Source: an uncultured delta proteobacterium | GTDB lineage: Bacteria > Desulfobacterota > RBG-13-43-22 | Assembly: GCA_963790475.1 (NCBI GenBank) | Contig: CAWBOS010000010.1 | Location: forward strand, 544,001-608,000 | Length of the DNA: 64,000 nucleotides | Direction of reading: 5' to 3' | Shown here: positions 20,684-30,717 of the stretch, one piece after another | How positions within the stretch are numbered: position 1 is the first letter of the stretch | Layout: each line of letters begins with the position of its first letter | Notes under the pieces: model-generated | Told to the model about the DNA's origin: nothing | Database searches by the model: none | The model's input: the letters and a program-made list of their open reading frames with translations, nothing else | Program-made: the position numbers and the translations under genes

Positions 20684-21499
20684 TTATTTTGGTACAAAAA
20701 CCGGTTTTCTCTTTTCTGAAAAGGCCTCCAAACCTTCCTTCCCTTCAGGATGGGCGGCACACAGACCGAGGCCTCTTCGTTCGCGCTCTATTTGGGTCTC
20801 AAAAGAGGTGTTAAAGGAGTCGGTGAGAAGCCTTTTGGACCATCCAAAGGAATGAGATGAACCTTTAAGGAGCTCGCGGGCCATGATGGTCGCCTCTCCA
20901 AGGGTATTTTCATCTTTGGCGATTTTTGTTATCAATCCCCAGGACAGGGCTTGTTCAGAGGAGATCGGCTGGTCAAAGGCCATAATCTCCAGGGCCCGGG
21001 CCAATCCGACCAAACGGGGCAGGATAAAAGATCCCCCGCCATCGATACACAGGCCATTGGAGGTATAGGCCTGTCGCAGAACGGCGGATTTGGCCATCAC
21101 TCTAAAATCACAGGCCAGAGCCAATGAGAAACCTCCCCCGGCGGCAACGCCGTTGATGGCGGCTATGACCGGTTTTGACATTCGACGAATTTCCAAAATG
21201 GCCTGATGAAACCGGGCGGCCAGTTCGTGGAAAGCGGCCGGAGGTCCCTGGGGAATGGAGAGTACCCATTTCAGGTCGCCCCCGGCACAGAAGGCCTTTC
21301 CTTCTCCGGAAAGGATGATTGCTCGAACATCCTTCTCGGCCGACAGGGTGATGAGATGACCGGCAAGACTCTCGACCATCTCCAGGTTGAAAGCGTTGAA
21401 AGTCTCCGGCCGGTTCAGGAGGATTGACGCAATTCCGTTGGTTCTGGTGACGGTGATAAATTCTTTCATGCTTTTCCTCTCCATTTCTTCTCCTCTCAT
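20684..21499 (-). CDS. Enoyl-CoA hydratase/isomerase (PaaG-like)
   Basis: LNRPE, AFCAGGDL, INGVAAGGG, EKRKPVF. Confidence 0.92.
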   Translation of the reverse strand: MRGEEMERKSMKEFITVTRTNGIASILLNRPETFNAFNLEMVESLAGHLITLSAEKDVRAIILSGEGKAFCAGGDLKWVLSIPQGPPAAFHELAARFHQAILEIRRMSKPVIAAINGVAAGGGFSLALACDFRVMAKSAVLRQAYTSNGLCIDGGGSFILPRLVGLARALEIMAFDQPISSEQALSWGLITKIAKDENTLGEATIMARELLKGSSHSFGWSKRLLTDSFNTSFETQIERERRGLGLCAAHPEGKEGLEAFSEKRKPVFVPK

Positions 21500-22273
21500 T
21501 GTTTTTCTGCCATGACAACGAATTCTTTATTGGTCTTCAGGTCGGGATGCAGGGGATCCTGGCGTTGTAAATCAAAGTGATCTATCAAAACCGGGGCTGA
21601 GAACCCGGAGTCAATCAACAGTCGATAGATATCAGCCGGGGTCACATAACGACGAACGGTGGAAATGGTCTCCTGACGGCCTGAAGGGTAAGTGAAGGCT
21701 TGTATCCGTTCTTCGAGATGCTCGTCCCGCATACGGCGGAAATCCTGCAATAAGATCATTTCTCCACCCACTTGGATATTGCCCTTTATCTATCCATTTC
21801 CCGTTGGTTTCCGGATGGGACAGGGTGTGGGGATAGAATAAATGCAAGACAATGAGCGAGCCCGGCAGTAAACTTTCATCCACATGACCCAGGAAAGCCT
21901 TCTGATGTTCCGGGGTAAGAAGATAGTTAAAGGTATAGAAGGTGACCAGGGCCAAACCGTAGGTCTGGGGTAAGGCTTGGTCTACAAAATTGTGATTTAA
22001 TAAAATGCATCTCTCCTGTAAGTGATTTTTGATCAGCTTATTTTCAGCCAATCGCAGCATTTGTTCAGAGATGTCCACACCTGTGACCACATGGCCGGTT
22101 TGTAACAACGGCAAGAGAACTCTACCGGTACCGCAGCCGATTTCTAAAATCGGGGATTGCGTTTTTGAAGCCAAGGCGGAATAAAGAGGGAGGTCCAGAT
22201 TATAGTCCCCGACATAGGCATCATAGAATTTGGCAAAAAGGGAATAAGTGCTCTGAGTAGTCATATTGTTCAA
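21496..22273 (-). CDS. Class I SAM-dependent methyltransferase; frameshift near 21775
   Basis: ILEIGCGTGR, GVDISEQML; C-terminus continues in the 21496..21771 frame. Confidence 0.82.
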
Positions 22274-22303
22274 AATTTAAGGATTCATATCCGACTACAA
22301 GTG

Positions 22304-22440
22304 TAGTGTATCCGTAATCACTTTAGAGTCTTGTCATTCCGGACTTGATCCGGAATCCAGTCTTTCAACCCTGGATTCCCGCTTTCGCGGGAATCACGGG
22401 ATAGGGACATTGTAAAGGAAACATAGAAACACGACACTAG
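22304..22440. mobile_element. MITE-like element, family C (TAGTGT ... ACACTAG ends) carrying the palindromic doublet core
   Basis: Short terminal inverted repeat; internal GTCATTCCGGACTTGATCCGGAATCCAG and CTGGATTCCCGCTTTCGCGGGAAT. Confidence 0.6.
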
Positions 22441-22561
22441 TTGTGGAACCAATTATATTTTAAACAGAATAACATAAATATCCCAAAGAGAATTAAAATT
22501 TGTTCTTCGATCTGGTCAGATTATACAACACTTTTTATTAACATACTGATCATTTTTTTTA

Positions 22562-22591
22562 TTGACTCTAATAAGCTGTTTAAGATACTAT
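22562..22591 (+). promoter_or_regulatory. Putative sigma70 promoter of the cob operon
   Basis: TTGACT-18 bp-TACTAT immediately upstream of the riboswitch. Confidence 0.55.
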
Positions 22592-22598
22592 TTTAAAT

Positions 22599-22760
22599 AT
22601 AAAGGTACCAAGACCGGTTTAAAAGGGAAGACGGTTTAAGGCCGTCACGGTCCCGCCGCTGTGTCCGGGGACGAAATCCACAAGAGCCACTGTCCGTTTA
22701 AGGCGGACGGGAAGGCGTGGAAAATAGGATGATCCGGAAGTCAGAAGACCTGCCTTTATG
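22599..22760 (+). ncRNA. Cobalamin (AdoCbl) riboswitch
   Basis: AAAAGGGAA, ACGGT..AA..CCGT, CGGTCCCGCCGCTGT, GCCACTG...GGGAAGG, GTCAGAAGACCTGCC; P1 ATAAAGG/CCTTTAT; precedes cobU. Confidence 0.95.
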
Positions 22761-22864
22761 GATGAATCCCCAAAAGCGTTGGACACGGGGGGATTCGACT
22801 TAATGGATCAAGAAAGCTGGGTGCCATCCTTAAGTTCACTAATTGGACTTAAGGATTTTTTATT

Positions 22865-23417
22865 TTGGACCAGAAGATAAACCAACAAGCCCGCCTGACT
22901 CTCATTACCGGACCGGCAAGAAGTGGTAAAACCCGGTTGGCCGTCCAGTGGGCCGCCACCTTTCCCATGCCTCGGGCCTATATCGCCACGGCCCAAAATC
23001 GAGACGACGAAATGTCCGAACGAATACGCCGACACCAGGAAGAAAGAGGTTCGGCCTTCCAGACGGTTGAGGAGCCTTTGGCCTTAGGCGATGGGCTGCA
23101 AAAAATAATGGCGACCTGTTCTGTTGTCATCGTAGATTGTCTGACTTTATGGGTCAGCAATTTACTGGGGGCCATGGAAGAAGAAGGGTCCGGGAATTCA
23201 GGAAAAGTTGGACGACCTTTTAACAATCCTGAAGCGTATTGAAACCCCGGTGATCCTGATCGGCAATGAAGTGGGCTGGGGGATCGTTCCGGAAAATCCC
23301 TTGGCCCGGACCTTCCGGGATATCAGCGGCAGGCTTCATCAGGAGATCGCCCAGATCGCCGACCAGGTCATTTTGATGGTGGCCGGAATCCCTTTGGTCG
23401 TTAAAGGAAAAAAATGA
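22865..23417 (+). CDS. cobU: Adenosylcobinamide kinase/guanylyltransferase CobU; frameshift near 23195
   Basis: ITGPARSGK, YIATA..DDEM, VDCLTLW; then NEVGWGIVP..FRD..G..HQ..MVAGIP. Confidence 0.92.
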
Positions 23418-23469
23418 TGAAATTTGGGGACCCCGGTAATTTTGATCTTTCTTTAACGAGAGGGAATTA

Positions 23470-24219
23470 ATGAACTCCTTTTTATTGGCCCTCCGATTTT
23501 TAACTGTCATTCCTTTGGGACAGAGCCGGGAAATCAATTCCGATTCTGTGGCTGCCGCCGGAAAATATTATCCCCTGGTGGGCCTGGTACTCGGGGGACT
23601 CTTCTGGATTTTTTTTTATGGAGTCAATTTTCTTTTCCCCATTTCGATTTCCACAGGATTGTTGGTTATCTTTTGGGTGATTCTGACCGGGGCCCTGCAT
23701 CTGGACGGCCTGGCCGACTGTCTGGACGCCCTTTACGGCGGGGCCAATCGGGAAGAACGCCTGAGCATTATGAAAGATGTTCATTTGGGAACCATGGGGG
23801 TCGTCGGCTTGATCCTGATTTTGGGGATCAAATATCTGTTTTTAAGAGAAATCCTGTCCTTTCCGTCCCTGTGGATGTGGATCATCCTGATACCGGCTGT
23901 CAGCCGCTGGACCCCGATTTTACTGGCCTTCCTGTTTCGGTATGCGCGCTCGGGAGGGGGGCTGGGTCAGGCCCTGGTCACCGGGACGGGGAAAAAGGAA
24001 ATCTTCTGGGCCACCCTTTTGGCCTGGGTCCCAGTCTTGGCCCTATCCGGATTTTTTGGTTTGGGTTTGATACTGGTCATTATGGTTTGGAGTTTGTTAT
24101 GCGGCTGGTATTTTCATAAGAAGGTGGGGGGGATCACCGGGGATATCCTGGGAGCGGTCATAGAAACCAGTGAAGTCTGGGCCATGCTCTATATTGTAGG
24201 GATTCTAAGTTATGCCTGA
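23470..24219 (+). CDS. cobS: Adenosylcobinamide-GDP ribazoletransferase CobS
   Basis: FLT.IP, TGALHLDGLAD, IMKD..G, GGITGDILGA. Confidence 0.95.
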   Translation: MNSFLLALRFLTVIPLGQSREINSDSVAAAGKYYPLVGLVLGGLFWIFFYGVNFLFPISISTGLLVIFWVILTGALHLDGLADCLDALYGGANREERLSIMKDVHLGTMGVVGLILILGIKYLFLREILSFPSLWMWIILIPAVSRWTPILLAFLFRYARSGGGLGQALVTGTGKKEIFWATLLAWVPVLALSGFFGLGLILVIMVWSLLCGWYFHKKVGGITGDILGAVIETSEVWAMLYIVGILSYA

Positions 24220-24841
24220 TTTAAAAAAACCGACTCGTCTTTTTCTGGTCCGGCATGGTGAGGTGGTCCAGCAGGGTCAAGGTAAATTTTTAGGCTTTAC
24301 CGATCTGGACTTGAGCCCGCGAGGGAAAGAGCAGGTTATGGGTCTGGCGGAATATCTTAAGGGTGTTCCTTTGGATCAGGCCTATGCCAGCGATCTGAAA
24401 CGGGCCATGGATTCGGCCCGGATTATCTGCCAGGGCCGGGAAATCGAACCCCTCTCCTGTCCGGCCTTACGGGAGATGGATATGGGGGACTGGGATGGAA
24501 AGTCCTGGGAGGAGATCAAGGAAGAGAATCCGAAAATAAAACCATTGATATTCTATGACTTGAAAAATTTTCATTTCCCGGGAGGAGAAAGCTGGCACCA
24601 TTTTCGTAGCCGGGTGTTGAGCGGTCTGAAAATCCTGCTCAAAGAAGGGGCGGGAAAGAATATTCTGCTGGTGGCCCATGCCGGAGTCAACCGGATAATC
24701 CTGGCCCGGGCCCTGGGAATGGAATTTAAAAATATGTTTTTTATGGACCAGGGGTATGCCTGCCTGAATATTATTGAAAATTACGGGAAGGTCTCCAAGG
24801 TCATTTTGATGAATGGGATCTTTTATAAGCCAAAGGATTAA
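24212..24841 (+). CDS. cobC: Alpha-ribazole phosphatase CobC (histidine phosphatase)
   Basis: LVRHG, SDLKRA, PGGES, VAHAG; cob context. Confidence 0.88.
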   Translation: MPDLKKPTRLFLVRHGEVVQQGQGKFLGFTDLDLSPRGKEQVMGLAEYLKGVPLDQAYASDLKRAMDSARIICQGREIEPLSCPALREMDMGDWDGKSWEEIKEENPKIKPLIFYDLKNFHFPGGESWHHFRSRVLSGLKILLKEGAGKNILLVAHAGVNRIILARALGMEFKNMFFMDQGYACLNIIENYGKVSKVILMNGIFYKPKD

Positions 24842-24871
24842 GATCCAAGGTGCAGGGTAAAGGGATTTAGA

Positions 24872-27448
24872 ATGATTGATTACGGACACGGCGGGAATAT
24901 ACAAGAATTGGCCAAGACCGCCGGACTGGATGGCCAAGACCTGCTGGATTTTTCGGCCAACATAAATCCCTTGGGACCGCCTCAATGGCTGCGTCCCTTG
25001 ATAAATTCTCAAATAGATTCCCTGGTCCATTATCCTGACCCGGCCTGCTCTCAACTTACTTCGGCCATTGCCGAACATTATCGGGTAAAAGAGGAGGAAG
25101 TCCTGGTAGGCAATGGGTCGACGGAATTGATCTATCAAATTCCCCGTGCCTTGGGATGTCCATCGGCTTTGATCCCTGTCCCATCTTACCGGGATTATGT
25201 CCAGGCTGTGGAACAAGCAGGTTCAATAGTAGAAAAGATTTTTTTAAAAGAAGAGGACGAGTTTCGCCCGGATCTTACCTTGCTGGAAAGGCGACTCAAA
25301 GGGCATTATCTGGTTATATTAGGTCAACCCAATAACCCCACGGGAATGACCTTTGAGGCTGAGGCCTTGCGCCGGATGGCCCACGGGCATCCCTCCTCCC
25401 TGTTTATGATTGATGAGGCCTTTGCTGATTTTATCGGGGGCCTGGACAGCTTAATCAGGGATCGTCCCTCTAATATGATTGTCCTCAGGTCCTTTACCAA
25501 ATTTTTTGCCATCCCCGGGTTAAGATTAGGGTGGGCCTTGGCCGATCCTGAAATAGCCCGGAAGGTGCGGGCCATCTTGCCGCCCTGGTCAGTCAATACC
25601 CTGGCCCAAAAAGTGGGCCAGGAGGTCTTAAACGACCAGACTTACGCGGACCAAACCAGGGTCGTCGTAAAAAAATTGCGGGAGGACCTTCGGCTGAATC
25701 TCCAAGACCTCTCAGGACTGAAGGTCTATCCCGGAGAGTCCAATTTCCTGCTCATTCAAATCGACCTAAATAATTTGACCGCGCCCCAATTGGCCTCGCA
25801 GCTTCTTGCACAAGGAATTGCCATCCGGGTTTGTGAAAATTTTGAAGGATTGGATAACCGGTTTTTCCGGGTTGCGGTCAGGACCTCGGATGAAAATGAA
25901 CGACTTGTTCATGCCCTTTCCCTGATCCTGTCCGGCAAACCAAGAACCCGGAAGCCCAAGAAAAAAACCCCGGCCCTCATGTTCCAGGGGACCAGTTCGA
26001 ATGCCGGAAAAAGTATCCTGACCACTGCTTTGTGCCGAATTTTTCTTCAGGACGGTTACCGGGTAGCGCCTTTTAAATCCCAAAATATGTCCTTGAATTC
26101 TTTTGTCACCCGGCTGGGGGGTGAAATGGGGCGGGCCCAGGTGGTTCAAGCGCAGGCCTGTCGTTTGGAGCCGGATGTGCGAATGAACCCCATCCTGCTT
26201 AAACCCAATAAGGACACCGGTTCCCAGGTGATTGTGTTAGGGCAGCCGGTCGGCAATATGGACGTGGCCCAGTACATTGACTATAAGACCGAAGCTTTTC
26301 AAAGGGCCCGGGAGGCTTACGACGATCTGGCCGAAGAATACGAGATTATAGTTTTGGAAGGGGCCGGCAGTCCGGCCGAGGTCAATTTAAAACACCACGA
26401 TATCGTCAATATGAGGATGGCCGAATTTGCCTGGGCCCCGGTACTGTTAGTGGGGGATATCGACCGGGGCGGGGTTTTCGCCTCCTTTTTAGGCACCTGG
26501 GAAATAATGGCCCCCTGGGAACGGAAGCTTTTGGCCGGTTTTGTCATCAATCGATTTCGCGGGGAAGCCTCTCTACTCGACCCGGCCATTCAATTTATCA
26601 GGGCCTGTACGGACCGTCCGGTATGGGGGGTGGTCCCCCATATCCCGGACCTGGGTTTGCCGGAAGAAGATTCGGTCAGTTTCAAAGACGGCCTTTTTGA
26701 TGCCCAGGATCCCAAAGAGAAAGGGATTGAGATTGCCGTTATCGACCTGCCCCACATCTCGAATTTTACCGATTTCGATTCCTTCCGTATTGAACCGGAT
26801 GTGCATTTAAGGATCGTTCGCTCGGCCGAAGACCTGGATCATCCGGATGCCCTGATCCTGCCGGGCAGCAAAAATACTTTAGGGGATTTGTTGTACCTGA
26901 GAAGGTGTGGATTGGACCGGAAGATTGCCGAACTGGCTGAGGAAGGCCGGACAGAGATCATCGGGGTCTGTGGCGGTTTCCAGATTTTAGGACAGGAAAT
27001 CGCCGATCCGCACAGAATTGAATCAGAGGGACAAAGCCTTTCCGGTCTGGGATTGATGCCGATCAAAACCGTCATGGCCAGAGAAAAAACCCTGACTCGC
27101 GTTGCCGCCAATCATTTGATCTCCGGTCTGGAGTTGTTCGGCTATGAGATCCACCATGGCCTGACCGAAGGCCAGGGTCTCAGCCCGATCATCCGTCGGG
27201 CCGACGGAGAGATGATCGGTCTGGAGTCGCCCGGCCACCAGATTTGGGGGACTTACCTGCATGGCCTTTTTGATGCCGATCCTTTTCGACGTTGGTTTAT
27301 CGACCGCCTCCGGGAGCGCCGCGGCTTGTCTGCGAAGGGGCAAATTGTAGCCCGCTACAACCTGGAGCCGGCTATAGATCGGCTGGCCGAGATTGTCCGG
27401 AACAGCCTCAATATGAATGCAATTTATCGTTTGTTGGGTTTTAACTAA
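24872..27448 (+). CDS. cobQ: Fused L-threonine-O-3-phosphate decarboxylase (CobD) - cobyric acid synthase (CobQ/CbiP)
   Basis: [32 protein letters not shown]; then [44 protein letters not shown]. Confidence 0.95.
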   Translation: MIDYGHGGNIQELAKTAGLDGQDLLDFSANINPLGPPQWLRPLINSQIDSLVHYPDPACSQLTSAIAEHYRVKEEEVLVGNGSTELIYQIPRALGCPSALIPVPSYRDYVQAVEQAGSIVEKIFLKEEDEFRPDLTLLERRLKGHYLVILGQPNNPTGMTFEAEALRRMAHGHPSSLFMIDEAFADFIGGLDSLIRDRPSNMIVLRSFTKFFAIPGLRLGWALADPEIARKVRAILPPWSVNTLAQKVGQEVLNDQTYADQTRVVVKKLREDLRLNLQDLSGLKVYPGESNFLLIQIDLNNLTAPQLASQLLAQGIAIRVCENFEGLDNRFFRVAVRTSDENERLVHALSLILSGKPRTRKPKKKTPALMFQGTSSNAGKSILTTALCRIFLQDGYRVAPFKSQNMSLNSFVTRLGGEMGRAQVVQAQACRLEPDVRMNPILLKPNKDTGSQVIVLGQPVGNMDVAQYIDYKTEAFQRAREAYDDLAEEYEIIVLEGAGSPAEVNLKHHDIVNMRMAEFAWAPVLLVGDIDRGGVFASFLGTWEIMAPWERKLLAGFVINRFRGEASLLDPAIQFIRACTDRPVWGVVPHIPDLGLPEEDSVSFKDGLFDAQDPKEKGIEIAVIDLPHISNFTDFDSFRIEPDVHLRIVRSAEDLDHPDALILPGSKNTLGDLLYLRRCGLDRKIAELAEEGRTEIIGVCGGFQILGQEIADPHRIESEGQSLSGLGLMPIKTVMAREKTLTRVAANHLISGLELFGYEIHHGLTEGQGLSPIIRRADGEMIGLESPGHQIWGTYLHGLFDADPFRRWFIDRLRERRGLSAKGQIVARYNLEPAIDRLAEIVRNSLNMNAIYRLLGFN

Positions 27449-27450
27449 AG

Positions 27451-27642
27451 TGGCTTCAAAAGAAATCAATTAGAGAACATCAAGAGACGGCAGAAAGGGC
27501 CTTGAACATGGCCCTGGATATCTTGAATTCCGGCCAATATGATCTGGTTATTCTCGACGAAATAGGCACGGTTACACAAATGAATTGTTTTAAACATGGA
27601 CTGCAACAGGGCTTTAAGGCCCAACGAGGGATAGAATATTGA
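27451..27642 (+). pseudogene. cobO: Remnant of cob(I)yrinic acid a,c-diamide adenosyltransferase (CobO/BtuR), not in the ORF track
   Basis: Translates as ...ALDILNSGQYDLVILDEIG|TVTQMNCFKHGLQQGFKAQRGIEY stop; the TGA overlaps the cbiA ATG. Confidence 0.85.
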
Positions 27643-29030
27643 TGACCCTTTTGCCAACGATGGTTATTGCCGGGACCAACAGCGGCGTCGGTAAGACCTC
27701 CGTGACTCTGGCCCTGGTGACGGCCCTGCGCAAAAAAGGCTTGAAGGTTCAGACCTTCAAGGTGGGACCGGATTTTCTGGATCCTTCTTATTTAAGGCAG
27801 GCTTCAGGAAGACCCTGTTACAATCTGGACGGCTGGATGAGCAGCCGGGCCTATGTGGAAGAACTTTTTCAACGGACCACCCGGGATGCGGACGTGGCGG
27901 TCATTGAAGGGGTTATGGGGCTCTTTGATGGAGCTGATCCGAAATCATCCGAAGGGAGCACGGCCGAGATCGCCCGTTGGCTGCAGGCACCGGTCTTCTT
28001 AATCGTCAACGCCCATGGTCAGGCCAGGAGCCTGGCCCCATTGGTTAAAGGGTTTAGTCAATTTGAATCCGGAGTGAAGATCGAAGGTGTGATCGCCAAC
28101 CAGTGCGGATCGGATCGGCATCGAGACTGGCTCAAGACCTCATTGGAGACATCCGGCTTGCCGCCCCTGTTGGGGGCTATCCCCCGTGGGGGTCTGCCAA
28201 CGTTACCCAGTCGTCATCTGGGACTGGTTACCGCCGATGCTCAAATTCTGTCTCCTTCGGTCCTGGACCATTTAGCTTCAGTTTTTGAACAACAGGTTTC
28301 GGTCGAGGCCTTGATCCAAAAGGCCCGAAGAAGCCCGGCCAGGAACTTACCGCAGGTAACTTCCTCCGAAGAAACCCCGAATAAAAAAGTTCGTTTGGGA
28401 TATGCCTGGGATGAAGCCTTTCATTTTTACTACCCGGATAACCTGGATAAGTTAAAGGCCGGAGGGGCGGAGTTGATCCCCTTTTCACCCCTGAGGGATA
28501 GCCGGTTGCCTCAAGGATTGGACGGTCTTTACTTTGGAGGAGGTTATCCCGAGGAATATGCGCAAGTCCTGTCCGAAAATCAGGCCCTCATGGATGACAT
28601 ACGGACCCTGGCCTCCTCGGGCCGGTCTATTTATGGTGAGTGTGGGGGCTTAATGTATCTATCCCAGGGGATCGAAACCCTGGACGGCGGGCGAAAGCCC
28701 TTGGTGGGTCTATTGCCGGTTTGGACCAAGATGTGCCGTCGCTTAAGAATCCTGGGTTATGTGGAGATCGGCCTTATGAAGGATTCCCTGTTCGGTCCTG
28801 AAGGGACGACCTTAAGGGGGCATGAATTTCATTATTCGGAGCTGATGGCCGACCCCTGCCAAGACCGTGAGTGGCAGGCCATTTACCAGGTTCGGCGACG
28901 CAGATCGGAAAACATTATTCAAGAGGGATTCCAAAAAGGCAACGTCTTAGCCGGTTATGCGCACCTGCACTGGGCCGGGCGACCAAAGGCTATAAAATCT
29001 TTTATTCGGCATCTGCAGGAAAGACTATGA
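27642..29030 (+). CDS. cbiA: Cobyrinate a,c-diamide synthase
   Basis: GTNSGVGKT, FKVGPDFLDP, IEGVMGLFDG, SRHLGL, GGYPE, YGECGGLMYL, GHEFHYS. Confidence 0.95.
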   Translation: MTLLPTMVIAGTNSGVGKTSVTLALVTALRKKGLKVQTFKVGPDFLDPSYLRQASGRPCYNLDGWMSSRAYVEELFQRTTRDADVAVIEGVMGLFDGADPKSSEGSTAEIARWLQAPVFLIVNAHGQARSLAPLVKGFSQFESGVKIEGVIANQCGSDRHRDWLKTSLETSGLPPLLGAIPRGGLPTLPSRHLGLVTADAQILSPSVLDHLASVFEQQVSVEALIQKARRSPARNLPQVTSSEETPNKKVRLGYAWDEAFHFYYPDNLDKLKAGGAELIPFSPLRDSRLPQGLDGLYFGGGYPEEYAQVLSENQALMDDIRTLASSGRSIYGECGGLMYLSQGIETLDGGRKPLVGLLPVWTKMCRRLRILGYVEIGLMKDSLFGPEGTTLRGHEFHYSELMADPCQDREWQAIYQVRRRRSENIIQEGFQKGNVLAGYAHLHWAGRPKAIKSFIRHLQERL

Positions 29031-29740
29031 AAAAGGGACCATCCAAATTCCAGGCCGGGAATCGTTCTTTGCCGGCTTTTATCCGTCAATTCTATGAAGC
29101 CCCCAAAACAGGTGAGGAGATTGAGGCCCTTTCCTTGTCTATTATTGATCAGGAAATTCCTTCGCCTTCCTTCAGTCCTGAGGAATGGGCGGTAGTTAGA
29201 AGGATGATTCATACCACGGCTGATTTGACCCTGGTTAATGCGGTCAGATTCAGTCCCAAGGCCATCCCGGTGGCTGTTGCCGCCCTGCAAAAGGGGAGTC
29301 CTATTTATTGCGACTCGAATATGATTCGCTCCGGTCTTTCCCTGGCCCGGCTGCGGGCGGTCTGTGATTCCTATTCGGAACAACTAATCCATTGTTATGT
29401 GGCCCATAAGGAGGTCGTCCAAGAGTCCCGTAAATCGGGATGGCCCCGGTCCATTTTTGGGATTCGTAAGGCCAAGCCTTATCTGGAGGGTGCCATCGCC
29501 GTTTTTGGAAATGCCCCGCTGGCCTTGCTGGAATTAAACCGGATGATCAAAGAAGAAAAGGTGCGGCCGGCCCTGGTCATTGCCATGCCGGTAGGTTTTG
29601 TCCATGTCGTCGAAAGCAAGGAGGAACTGATGTCCCTGGATATCCCTTACATAACCCTGGGGGGGCGTCGCGGCGGGAGTCCCCTGGCCGTCAGTGTCAT
29701 CCATGCCCTTTGTGCTTTGGCCGGTGCGAAAACCAAATAG
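29027..29740 (+). CDS. cbiC: Cobalt-precorrin-8 methylmutase
   Basis: RRMIHTTAD, GNAPLAL, MPVGFV, GRRGGS; ATGA overlap with cbiA. Confidence 0.92.
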   Translation: MKKGPSKFQAGNRSLPAFIRQFYEAPKTGEEIEALSLSIIDQEIPSPSFSPEEWAVVRRMIHTTADLTLVNAVRFSPKAIPVAVAALQKGSPIYCDSNMIRSGLSLARLRAVCDSYSEQLIHCYVAHKEVVQESRKSGWPRSIFGIRKAKPYLEGAIAVFGNAPLALLELNRMIKEEKVRPALVIAMPVGFVHVVESKEELMSLDIPYITLGGRRGGSPLAVSVIHALCALAGAKTK

Positions 29741-29783
29741 GTCTTTTTATAAAGGATCTTAAAAATAGATTAAACATAAAGCA

Positions 29784-29860
29784 CTGGATTCCGGGTCAAG
29801 CCCGGAATGACTGAGGAAACTTCCCCCGTATGCGTCATCCCGGCGAAAGCCGGGATCCAG
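29784..29860. repeat. REP-like palindromic doublet (back-to-back orientation)
   Basis: CTGGATTCCGGGTCAAGCCCGGAATGAC ... GTCATCCCGGCGAAAGCCGGGATCCAG. Confidence 0.85.
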
Positions 29861-29906
29861 ATATTTATAATCGAGGTTGTTAAGATTTCGAGAGGAAATA
29901 ATTTTT

Positions 29907-30443
29907 ATGATCGATAAAAAGCTGTTGAAAAATCAGAACCCTTCCCATGCCAGAAAAGAGGCCATCATCCTCCTGGGTCATGGCAGCCGCGTGCCTGATG
30001 CGGCCAGAAATATGCAGAAAACGGCCGGGCGTCTAAAGGAAAAACATGGGTACGCCTTGGTCGAGATCTGTTTTATGTCCAGACTTGGACCTCATTTCCC
30101 GGAGGTTTTTCAATACTGTGTCCGCCTGGGTGCGACCAAAGTCCTGGTCATTCCTTATTTTCTCCACATGGGTCTGCACCTTCTGCTGGACATTCCCAAG
30201 ATGATGCAGCAAGAAGGAAAGAAGTACCCCCAGGTAGAACTGGTTCTTGGGAAAGGACTGGGATATGATGAATTGCTGGTGGATTTGGTTCATCAATGCA
30301 TCCAAAAATCTCGGGAAGAAAAAGATGTGAGAAATATGATTTTGCCGCCGGAAGAAAAATATCCGATCCCTCAGGGGCAGTACGAATTTGTTCCTATGAC
30401 CCCGGAGGAAGCGGCCAGGTACAAGAGAAAACCCCACTTTTAG
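29907..30443 (+). CDS. cbiX: Sirohydrochlorin cobaltochelatase, short CbiX type
   Basis: ILLGHGSR, IPYFLHMGLH..DIP. Confidence 0.88.
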   Translation: MIDKKLLKNQNPSHARKEAIILLGHGSRVPDAARNMQKTAGRLKEKHGYALVEICFMSRLGPHFPEVFQYCVRLGATKVLVIPYFLHMGLHLLLDIPKMMQQEGKKYPQVELVLGKGLGYDELLVDLVHQCIQKSREEKDVRNMILPPEEKYPIPQGQYEFVPMTPEEAARYKRKPHF

Positions 30444-30539
30444 GGGGTTATGATAAGATTTGTGCATGTTTTGCTGAAGATAACGGAAGGGGGTGGTGAG
30501 ATAGGAGAGAAGGTGAGTCTATAAAGGATATGCTGTTAA

Positions 30540-30694
30540 TCGGGGAATAAAGAACTGGAAAGGGGTGAGAATCCCCTGCTGTCCCGCAGCCGTGAAGGGA
30601 ACGAAAGCCCAATTAAATCCACTGTCATGAGTAAAGCCATGATGGGAAGGAGGGTGATTAGGGTGCCCGAAGCCGGAAGACCTTTTATTCCCGA
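30540..30694 (+). ncRNA. Second cobalamin riboswitch (variant apparently lacking P2)
   Basis: GGAA-AGGGGTGAGAATCCCCT, GCTGTCCCGCAGCCGTGA, CCACTG...GGGAAGG, AGCCGGAAGACC; P1 GGGAATAAAG/TTTTATTCCC. Confidence 0.88.
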
Positions 30695-30717
30695 AACCTC
30701 GAATGAAGGAGAAAAAC

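Noticed and set aside
21496-22273. Divergent methyltransferase as the missing CbiT
   Set aside because: Generic class I methyltransferase without the CbiT TK.E.R N-terminal motif, on the opposite strand and outside riboswitch control.
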